This document shows positions 16,500-23,343 of a stretch of DNA of 24,460 bases, piece by piece. The DNA comes from a virus. Taxonomy: Duplodnaviria > Caudoviricetes. The stretch is from IMG/VR virus record IMGVR_UViG_3300025167_000062, positions 1-24,460 of that record. One strand, written 5' to 3'. A program made the position numbers and the translations under genes. Below the pieces are notes generated by a model. The model made no database searches, was not told the DNA's origin, and worked only from the letters and a program-made list of their open reading frames with translations. Numbering within the stretch: the stretch's first letter is position 1; the number at the start of each line of letters is the position of its first letter.

Positions 16500-17407
16500 T
16501 CGAACGCTCCGTCCGTCACTACGTCCGTTACGATCTTGCGCTTGTACCACTCGGGCAAGCCCCGCGTCAGTCCTCGACGGATGTCCGGCCAGAACGCCGC
16601 CCAGAGTGCGTCCCGGATCTCGTCCTCGGCGTCCTTGCGTACGTCCTCAGGGATCTCGTGGACGAGCAGCCCAATGTCCTGCGGTGTGGTCGCCAGTTTG
16701 CCCTGCTCCTGGAGGTGCTGCACCGCCTTGAGCCACCGCGCCTCTGTGGCGTACCGCTTGATCAGGGTGTCGACGGGCGACGCCTTCGCCGCCTTCCACA
16801 TCGCTTTGTTCTCCTCGACGAAGTCGCGCCGCACAAGCTTGGCCATGAGCACTTTCTTGTCCGGACCGAACCGCGCGTAGTTTTTGAGGACCACGCCCTC
16901 GATCTTGGTGCCGCCTAGCAGTGCATCCCGCTCCAGGTATGCCGTGAGTTCGTCCAGTGTGGGCCGTGTCGTGAACTGTCCCAGCAGAGGGACGAACTCC
17001 AGGCCCAGCCGTCTCGCTTCCGCCGCCGCTTCGAACGGAGTGGCATAGTCTTCCAGCCCGCGGTCGACGTCGAAGAGAATGACGTTGCCTACCGGTACGC
17101 GTTCGTAGGCCAGCGTGTTCTGCTTCGGTTTGGCCAAGAATTCTCCGCGGTAGGACCATCCCTCGTGTAGGTCTGGCAGCAGGCGAAGGGCCGTTTCCAG
17201 CGCAAGTCGGAACATGCCGGCATGCTCCGGCTCGCCGGTGAACATCGTCAGGTCCTGCTTGTGCGCTCGGGCCAGTAGAGTGCTGCCCTCGCGTCGGAAG
17301 GAGAACTGCGAACCGTCCACCTTCTCCTCAACCCAGACGGCCCCTTCCCAGAAGTCTTCGAGGACCTTGTGCCCCACTGCGAAAGGAGAACTGTAGGATC
17401 CGATCAT
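16496..17407 (-). CDS. ATP-dependent RNA ligase (Rnl2-like nucleotidyltransferase)
   Basis: Motif I EEKVDGSQ, III YRGEF, IIIa LFDV, FVPLL, IV EGVVLK, V MAK; no OB domain recognisable; start 17407 by ATGA overlap. Confidence 0.85.
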   Translation of the reverse strand: MIGSYSSPFAVGHKVLEDFWEGAVWVEEKVDGSQFSFRREGSTLLARAHKQDLTMFTGEPEHAGMFRLALETALRLLPDLHEGWSYRGEFLAKPKQNTLAYERVPVGNVILFDVDRGLEDYATPFEAAAEARRLGLEFVPLLGQFTTRPTLDELTAYLERDALLGGTKIEGVVLKNYARFGPDKKVLMAKLVRRDFVEENKAMWKAAKASPVDTLIKRYATEARWLKAVQHLQEQGKLATTPQDIGLLVHEIPEDVRKDAEDEIRDALWAAFWPDIRRGLTRGLPEWYKRKIVTDVVTDGAFE

Positions 17408-17568
17408 CGTTCCGCTCCCTTTCCCCTGGACTTCTTGAGTTCTAGTTTCCGGGCCGTTCCGTCCACGATCACGTATGACTTTGCAGGGCAGGTATGCCAT
17501 CGAAGGTACGCCCGCAGAATGTGGTGCCCGCAGGATCCGCAGCGTTGGATAGCCATGCGCGCCCTCAT
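17404..17568 (-). CDS. Small basic Zn-binding-like protein (54 aa)
   Basis: CGSCGH...H.C; ATGA overlaps at both ends. Confidence 0.55.
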   Translation of the reverse strand: MRARMAIQRCGSCGHHILRAYLRWHTCPAKSYVIVDGTARKLELKKSRGKGAER

Positions 17569-19259
17569 TTTTCCGCCTTCTGTATGATCTTCGTTGCCTC
17601 CTCGCCGCTCAATTCCGACTTTTCCACAAGGGCAGTCGCCAGCGCTTCGATCTCGGGCTGATGCGCCGCCAGCAAGTCCTCGGTGGCGCCCATCTGCTCC
17701 TTCAGCCACTTGTCGATGCGTTCGGACTCTCCCTGTGATGGCTTACCGTACTCCTGAGAGATGCCGCCAAACACACCGTGCCAGCTAAGGTAAGCGATAC
17801 GCTCCCTGACGTGCCTGAAGTCCGCAGCTCCACCCACCCATCTCTCGCCCAGCACCACCTTGGTCCCAATGTCCCCGGCTAAGGACACCCGAATGTCTGC
17901 AACGATGTTGGCCATCGGGAAGGTATAGGTGGCCTCTTTGTCTATCGGTAACATAAAGCCAAACCCGATCCCACGCCGGATGATGGAGACGAAGGCGATT
18001 GTCTTACTAGGCGACAGGTGGTAAGATGCAACGCAGTGCGACGCTTCGTGGACTGCCAGTTGCCACCGCTGCTTCTCCGGCATATCGGTGATGGGGTTGG
18101 GAATCCCAGCCACCCCCTCCATCAGAGCCGTGAGAATGTCCATCTCACTGATCTTACTCCGCCCGGCAGCGTTGGCAAGCCGCGGAGCGCCTCGCTGAGT
18201 AGCAGACTGGATCGCAGCGGGCGTGAGTCCTTGCGTGCCAGAAACGAGCCGGTCAATGTCCAGGTCCTCGTGCTTGACCTTGGCGGCGTAGTAGACGAAG
18301 ATTTCCTTGCGCCCAGGGCCGTCAGGGGGATCTACTTTGATCATGTGCTCCATTCGACCAGGACGAATCAACGCTGGATCGAGCCTCTCCGGCATATTGG
18401 TGGAGCCCATCCATAGCACCACGCCTTCCTTTAGCGGCGGAAGGCGGAGCCGGCGACGCGCAATGTTACGGGCCGTCGTCATCCCCCGCTCTTCACCCAT
18501 GCCGTCGATGGCCACCAGGAGCTGGGTGAGGGCGCCGCCACCCATCATCCCGCCCATCATCCCGCCCATCATCCCCATGCCGCCCATACTACCCCGTGAC
18601 CCGAGGGCATCTAGTTCGTCTATGAATGCAATGCACGAACCGTGCTCCGCGGCTAGCGAGCGGCACTTGTTTACGAAGGAGATGGTCTTCATGACATCCA
18701 TCCCCATAAACATTGCCCTGAAACCGCTCCCAGCGATCCCGTGCATTGCCACGCCAGCACTTCCAGCTAAACATTTTGCAAGGTAAGACTTCCCCGTGCC
18801 GGGCTCGCCAATCAACACGAGCCCGCTTGGAGATATGCCCCCCATTTGGTAGAAGTTCGCGTCGCCCTGGAGAATGCTGATCCACTCACCCATCAGAGCA
18901 ACTAGGCCTGGCTGACCCTTGTAGTCGTCGAGAGTAAGACCTGAGTCGCTTTTATCCCCCGTCACTTCTCCGTACCCATTACCTAGATCGGTAATGCGAC
19001 GACGGGGGAGGATCGTGATGGTCTTGCTACGGGACAGGAACATGAGCATTGCGCCGAAATAGAAGACGATGTACACCACGCCAAAGCCGATCTGAGCTGC
19101 GAGGCGCAAGACTATGAGGGTTGCGTCGGGAAAGAAAACGAACCCGATAATTAGCAAGATCACCACGGCTCTGAGAACGCTCGTAATGGCCTTGTGGCGC
19201 TTGAGGAAGCGGCTTATGTAGATCGGATACGCCATCTTGTTAGCGAGCCAGGTACGCAT
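17565..19259 (-). CDS. ftsH: FtsH-like membrane-anchored AAA+ zinc metalloprotease (M41)
   Basis: Two N-terminal hydrophobic helices; Walker A GEPGTGKS, pore loop MFMG, Walker B IAFIDELD, SRH TN.PERLDPALIRPGR, HEASH, GGAADF (third ligand Asp), ALA.AL...EL.GEE. Confidence 0.9.
   Translation of the reverse strand: MRTWLANKMAYPIYISRFLKRHKAITSVLRAVVILLIIGFVFFPDATLIVLRLAAQIGFGVVYIVFYFGAMLMFLSRSKTITILPRRRITDLGNGYGEVTGDKSDSGLTLDDYKGQPGLVALMGEWISILQGDANFYQMGGISPSGLVLIGEPGTGKSYLAKCLAGSAGVAMHGIAGSGFRAMFMGMDVMKTISFVNKCRSLAAEHGSCIAFIDELDALGSRGSMGGMGMMGGMMGGMMGGGALTQLLVAIDGMGEERGMTTARNIARRRLRLPPLKEGVVLWMGSTNMPERLDPALIRPGRMEHMIKVDPPDGPGRKEIFVYYAAKVKHEDLDIDRLVSGTQGLTPAAIQSATQRGAPRLANAAGRSKISEMDILTALMEGVAGIPNPITDMPEKQRWQLAVHEASHCVASYHLSPSKTIAFVSIIRRGIGFGFMLPIDKEATYTFPMANIVADIRVSLAGDIGTKVVLGERWVGGAADFRHVRERIAYLSWHGVFGGISQEYGKPSQGESERIDKWLKEQMGATEDLLAAHQPEIEALATALVEKSELSGEEATKIIQKAEK
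18528..18590. repeat. 12-bp coding repeat (cccatcatcccg x3) encoding a Gly/Met loop in FtsH
   Basis: MGGMGMMGGMMGGMMGGG directly after Walker B. Confidence 0.85.
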
Positions 19260-19287
19260 TAGTACGGCCCAGACCCGTCAATGTCCA

Positions 19288-20034
19288 TCATGGAGTCACT
19301 CCTAGTGGCGTCTCCGTCGTGTCCTGTACGGATAGCAGCTTAGCGATGCGCATCGTTCGCTCCGGTATATCGTCGAAACTGAGATCCCCCTCTTTGACCT
19401 CAATGGGACCGAGCCCAGAGAAGACCGCAAGCCTGGCGAGGTCCACTACGATCACGCGTTCCTCGTCGACCCAGTTAGCAAGTAGCATACCACCTGGATG
19501 CCCCGGTTCACCGGAGGCATACGCCGTCGCGAGGGTTTGGATGTCGCCCCGGTTGCGGAAGATCAGTTGTCCCGAGAGTGTACCGGACATGTCGGTGTTC
19601 CCGTACCGCCAACCATAGTGGGGCTGCACATCGACGATGTTCAGCTTCAAGTATTCTCCCCAGGGGATTTCCTTCAGAAAGCAGGTAAGGAGGGCAGAGG
19701 TGCGGTTGTCGGCTCGTGCTCGTATCCTGGCTAGTCGTCGCTCCGAGATGGCCTTGGTGGTCGGTGGTCCCGACCGCTCAGGGAACGGCTCGGGACGGGG
19801 GTCGGTGGTCACGGAGGCAATGAATACGCCGACGCCGTCATTGCCGTAACCGGCGTCGATAATCACCAGCCCGTTCGTCCCCCTGTCCACGCACGCTACG
19901 AAGTTGGCAACGTCCTTTCGCATACCGTAACGGTAAGCTGCGGGCAAGACGCTGGGTACGACCAGCCACTGACCGAGCAACACAAGCACAAACAATGCAA
20001 CAGTGCTTGTTGGGTATAGCCACAGTCTTTTCAT
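19288..20034 (-). CDS. Membrane-anchored/secreted hypothetical protein (248 aa)
   Basis: MKR plus hydrophobic N-terminal helix; GGAGG SD; ATGA overlap. Confidence 0.75.
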   Translation of the reverse strand: MKRLWLYPTSTVALFVLVLLGQWLVVPSVLPAAYRYGMRKDVANFVACVDRGTNGLVIIDAGYGNDGVGVFIASVTTDPRPEPFPERSGPPTTKAISERRLARIRARADNRTSALLTCFLKEIPWGEYLKLNIVDVQPHYGWRYGNTDMSGTLSGQLIFRNRGDIQTLATAYASGEPGHPGGMLLANWVDEERVIVVDLARLAVFSGLGPIEVKEGDLSFDDIPERTMRIAKLLSVQDTTETPLGVTP

Positions 20035-20375
20035 CCTGGACCTCCATCACATCCGATTTCTTCAAACTGCCAGCCATTGTAGCGATCCCATCGAACCCGA
20101 TCTAAGTCCCCAACTTCGTAGAAGTAGTAGACCTCTGGGCAAACGACGATGTCAGCGTACTGGCCCCGCCCTCGTTCCACGGTGATGAAGCGGGTCGGTG
20201 CCCGACCGGGGTCAACGGTAACGAATTTGTCCACCACAAGAATGGACATATAGCCGATCTTGGGCCAACCTTCGCGCCTATCGGATACGTATGACTCGGG
20301 TACACATGCGCCCAGCAGGAAGATCGCGCCAAGTAAACCTACTAGCGTCAGCGAGTATCCTAACAGATGTTTCAT
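20031..20375 (-). CDS. Putative lipoprotein (114 aa)
   Basis: MKH plus hydrophobic stretch plus lipobox LGAC; TAATG overlap. Confidence 0.7.
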   Translation of the reverse strand: MKHLLGYSLTLVGLLGAIFLLGACVPESYVSDRREGWPKIGYMSILVVDKFVTVDPGRAPTRFITVERGRGQYADIVVCPEVYYFYEVGDLDRVRWDRYNGWQFEEIGCDGGPG

Positions 20376-20584
20376 TATCCCATCCTTTCCGCTGCCCACT
20401 TGAAGAAGAAGTAAGGCGGCAAAGCTACAAGAACTAGAGGCCAGGCCAAAGAGAAGAGAACAGCCATGCCAGCTCTCTCTCCGTCGGTCTGGAGCATGCC
20501 CCGATCCAGATGCACCAGCAGCAGGCCAGTTAGAACGTATCCAACGATGTACACCGCGATGTAGAGTGCTATCATTTCCTTCAT
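20375..20584 (-). CDS. Small two-TM membrane protein (69 aa)
   Basis: Two hydrophobic helices (IALYIAVYIVGYVLTGLLLV; MAVLFSLAWPLVLVALP); strong SD. Confidence 0.75.
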   Translation of the reverse strand: MKEMIALYIAVYIVGYVLTGLLLVHLDRGMLQTDGERAGMAVLFSLAWPLVLVALPPYFFFKWAAERMG

Positions 20585-20613
20585 CCCTCGCCTCCTCGCT
20601 CTAGCCACGCTTT

Positions 20614-20937
20614 TCAGAAGTAAACCCTGAAGCCACCCCAATCTCCGCGACTGGGCGCCGCGTCCATGGCCATCGCATATGCCAAGGCCGCCAATTCCAC
20701 GGTCTTCACAAACGGCTCTCGCCACATCATGTCCGCCGCGAGGTCATAGTGCCCCTTGTCGGCAAATTGTTCGGCCTGGGCCATTGCCCGAACCACCGCT
20801 TCCCGCGCCTGCGAGGCGGCGAGGTCGTTCAGCAAGTCGTGAATGGCTCCGGGGTGGTTTAGGAGATAAGCCACGCGAACAACCCTCTCGGCTGCTGTAT
20901 GCGCCAGCACTTCTTCCGGTGTCGGTGTGTTACCCAT
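20614..20937 (-). CDS. Hypothetical helical protein (107 aa)
   Basis: AAGGAGG SD; coding composition. Confidence 0.7.
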   Translation of the reverse strand: MGNTPTPEEVLAHTAAERVVRVAYLLNHPGAIHDLLNDLAASQAREAVVRAMAQAEQFADKGHYDLAADMMWREPFVKTVELAALAYAMAMDAAPSRGDWGGFRVYF

Positions 20938-20971
20938 CCCTGGCCTCCTTTCTCTATTCCAACAACCCGGA

Positions 20972-21145
20972 CTACTTTGCCTTCTCTACCAAAGAGGAGA
21001 TTACGTCCCCCCGGCTCACTTGTCCAGTGACGCGGGATGCCATCCGTCGGCGCAAGGCGTCGAGGGCGACTAGGATCCGGGCCTCCAGGGTCACGCTGAT
21101 CGTCACGCCCGACTTGAACTTCCGTGGTCTTCCGATCTTTCCCAT
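20972..21145 (-). CDS. Ribbon-helix-helix (CopG/Arc/MetJ-like) DNA-binding protein, 57 aa, not in the ORF track
   Basis: Manual translation MGKIGRPRKFKSGVTISVTLEARILVALDALRRRMASRVTGQVSRGDVISSLVEKAK: GRPRK arm, beta strand TISVTL, helix, SR..VI helix; AGGAGG SD. Confidence 0.75.
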   Translation of the reverse strand: MGKIGRPRKFKSGVTISVTLEARILVALDALRRRMASRVTGQVSRGDVISSLVEKAK

Positions 21146-21158
21146 CAGTTGCCTCCTG

Positions 21159-21191
21159 GTAAATTACTTATATCATAAAATCGGTTCGATT
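21159..21191 (-). promoter_or_regulatory. Putative promoter (extended -10 TGATATAAG) with flanking palindromes (candidate RHH operators)
   Basis: AT-rich gap; palindromes GTAAATTAC (21159-21167) and AATCG-gtt-CGATT (21179-21191). Confidence 0.6.
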
Positions 21192-21201
21192 GTACGCCTA
21201 G

Positions 21202-21966
21202 TTACCCGGCGTCCTCTTGGTCAAATGGATCCAGATCCTTCTGTAGCCTATCCAGATCGAGGAGGACTAGAAAGGCCGCCCACTCCCGATCCAGGTTTCT
21301 CATTGGGTACCACGGTGGATACTCCGGATCGGCGAGGTTCGGGGTCTTCCCAAGGTGCAGTATACCGGCCCGGATGGGCGCGCCCGTGACCTCTTCGTAG
21401 AGATGGGCGTAGGCCGCGAGCTGGATCCGCATCTCCGGTCCCATGCGGTTGGACGTTTTGAAGTCTACTATGGTCAGTTCTCGGTCATCAAGATCCATCG
21501 AGTATGCGGCGGGCCGACCAGCATCGTCCAATGCTTCGTGTATTTTTGGAAACGTACCTACCATGTCGATCGTTCCGCCGTACTTATGGGTCTCGCTCAC
21601 CAGGGGCAATTCGATCCCATTTTCTAGACACTGGAATCCGATGCGATCCTTCCACCGCTGGTAGCCGGCCACACACTTCGCCGCCCGACCCATGGCCTCG
21701 GCGTCGATCTCCGGTAACGATTTGTCTCTTTTGAATTCCGGCCCTCGTTCCTGTTGTTCGATCATGGCATGGACGTTTGTCCCAAAGTCGCCTGCGGCGT
21801 CCCGGATGACGTTCGGATCCCCGCCGGCCATAGCGATCTTTCGGCTCCAGCCCATGAGCCCCGACTTGCCCCAGCCGAGGTTGTTTCCGATCACGGTGGT
21901 AACGGATTTTACCCTGTCGCCGTTCTTCAGGAAATAGGCCCGGTGCGGCGGGCGTTTGGCCGCCAT
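21202..21966 (-). CDS. PD-(D/E)xK exonuclease (RecB/Cas4-like phage family, no Cys cluster)
   Basis: SVTTVI, GTNVH..IE, E..L, YGGTIDMV, IVDFKTS, QLAAY; start 21966 with GGAGG SD. Confidence 0.88.
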   Translation of the reverse strand: MAAKRPPHRAYFLKNGDRVKSVTTVIGNNLGWGKSGLMGWSRKIAMAGGDPNVIRDAAGDFGTNVHAMIEQQERGPEFKRDKSLPEIDAEAMGRAAKCVAGYQRWKDRIGFQCLENGIELPLVSETHKYGGTIDMVGTFPKIHEALDDAGRPAAYSMDLDDRELTIVDFKTSNRMGPEMRIQLAAYAHLYEEVTGAPIRAGILHLGKTPNLADPEYPPWYPMRNLDREWAAFLVLLDLDRLQKDLDPFDQEDAG

Positions 21967-21967
21967 T

Positions 21968-22069
21968 TCACCACCTCCCGAGCTTTTGCATGATACTGAC
22001 CACCGAACCAAGAACAAAAAAGATCGACCCGGCGGCGTAGAGCAGGTAGGGTAACAGTTCACGAACCAT
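21968..22069 (-). CDS. Very small single-TM protein (33 aa; alternative start 22117)
   Basis: MVRELLPYLLYAAGSIFFVLGSVVSIMQKLGRW; GGAG SD. Confidence 0.55.
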   Translation of the reverse strand: MVRELLPYLLYAAGSIFFVLGSVVSIMQKLGRW

Positions 22070-22113
22070 GTTCAGTCTCCGTTTCCGTACGAGTTGGTCC
22101 CAGGATGGGTACG

Positions 22114-22431
22114 TCATCGGTATGCTTGAAGAAAGGCCTCGACACCGTAGTACACCGGGATGCCGTGTTCTTCGGCGAACCTTACTTCGCCGTCCGAGCC
22201 CGAGCTGACTCCTGGCAGGCGGATCATCGCATCGCATTCCGCCAACCACACCAAGTCCATGTCGATCCATACCTGGTAGGGGTGCGGACTGATGACGTGC
22301 CAGAACCCCGTCAGGTGCGGCACGAACGGTACGTGTCCGGCCGCCAGAACCTGGTCCGCTGCCAGGATCGCCTCGCGGATGTTCAGCATCACGTCCCCCC
22401 GGGTGTACGGTCCAGCGATGTAGACCCTCAC
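22114..22431 (-). CDS. Nucleoside 2-deoxyribosyltransferase-fold protein (DUF4406/DUF1937-like)
   Basis: VYIAGPY...N...A......GH.PF.PH...D...L..CDA..RLPG.SSG...E...A...GIPV; GTGA-coupled start. Confidence 0.82.
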   Translation of the reverse strand: MRVYIAGPYTRGDVMLNIREAILAADQVLAAGHVPFVPHLTGFWHVISPHPYQVWIDMDLVWLAECDAMIRLPGVSSGSDGEVRFAEEHGIPVYYGVEAFLQAYR

Positions 22432-22862
22432 TTGGTTACCTCCATGTAGCGGGCGGCTTCCCGAGAAAAGACCCGCTGCAGATGGGACACCTTTTTCTGC
22501 ATGCGGTCGAACAGGTCGCCGATATCCTGTTTCGGAGGGCGATCGTCGACCCAGTTCCCTTGCTCGATACCATCGATGATGACGGCAATACATGCCAGGG
22601 CACTGGCCAGGTGGGGTACGCCGGTCTTGGGGTCCTCGTCCTCCCCGTTGAAGAACTTTTCGAGGTGGCGGCCCGTCGCGGCCACGTACACCGAGGCGCG
22701 TACGCCGGCGACCCGCCAGTTGAACCCACCGTACTTTAGATCCCCCTCCACCAGGGCCAACGCACCGTAGGCCCGGGCGGAGGCCGGAAACAAAGAGAGA
22801 TCCAGACGGCCCGTGGCAGCCGCATCTTTCGGGTTGCTCTCCTTTCGGTCGATCGAAGTCAT
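22428..22862 (-). CDS. dATP/dGTP diphosphohydrolase-domain protein (DUF5664-like)
   Basis: NPKD.....LDLSL.P, G..KYG..NWR, A..RH......GED.DP.TG.PHLA.A.AC; ATGA-coupled start 22862. Confidence 0.88.
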   Translation of the reverse strand: MTSIDRKESNPKDAAATGRLDLSLFPASARAYGALALVEGDLKYGGFNWRVAGVRASVYVAATGRHLEKFFNGEDEDPKTGVPHLASALACIAVIIDGIEQGNWVDDRPPKQDIGDLFDRMQKKVSHLQRVFSREAARYMEVTK

Positions 22863-23086
22863 TTGTTTTCTTGCTCCCATTCCTTCTTGACGAGATCTGC
22901 TCGGCGGCGGCACATCGGCCGACGCTCGTGATCACAGTTTCCGACCACCCAACACTCGCACGTAGAGCACCAACTGACCCCGGGGTAGTCCGGACTCGGT
23001 GCGGAACGATAAGAGTGTTCGTGACCTGACTGGTCACTTTCGGCCTGGACCTCGCCGCCGAAGTCCACGTACTCGGCCCAGGTCAT
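22859..23086 (-). CDS. Small Cys/His-rich hypothetical protein (75 aa)
   Basis: H.H...CSTC...C.H....C; ATGA overlaps at both ends; GAGG SD. Confidence 0.6.
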   Translation of the reverse strand: MTWAEYVDFGGEVQAESDQSGHEHSYRSAPSPDYPGVSWCSTCECWVVGNCDHERRPMCRRRADLVKKEWEQENK

Positions 23087-23343
23087 TCCTCGTCCTCCAG
23101 GTGCGTCGCCCCGAGTTTGCCCAGGTCGAAGGTGTCGCCGCCTCGTCTCTTGTGCTCGTGGCGCTTCGATCGACCGGTACCCACGGCGGTTACGGCCAGT
23201 ACCTCACCAAATCGTTGGCACTCCGCCAGGATCGCGAATGCCTCGCCCGCTGTTTCTGGTAGGTCCAATTCGATCCGGCGTCCGCCGTCCACCAGGGTTC
23301 GCACCCTGGCGACCGTGGCCTGGAAGGAGACCTCAACGGACAT
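23083..23343 (-). CDS. Hypothetical phage protein (86 aa)
   Basis: F.A.V..V.T..DGG.RI.LDLPE; TAATG overlap and GGAGG SD. Confidence 0.75.
   Translation of the reverse strand: MSVEVSFQATVARVRTLVDGGRRIELDLPETAGEAFAILAECQRFGEVLAVTAVGTGRSKRHEHKRRGGDTFDLGKLGATHLEDEE

Noticed and set aside
20031-20584. Holin/spanin lysis cassette
   Set aside because: No endolysin nearby, the location is in a non-structural operon, and the lipoprotein lacks the Pro-rich o-spanin character; not fully excluded.
21202-21966. CRISPR-associated Cas4
   Set aside because: No Fe-S cysteine cluster, cas genes or array; fits a stand-alone phage exonuclease.
22428-22862. 2-aminoadenine (Z-genome) pathway
   Set aside because: No PurZ, HD-family DatZ or dedicated polymerase in the window; this domain alone is widespread in phages.
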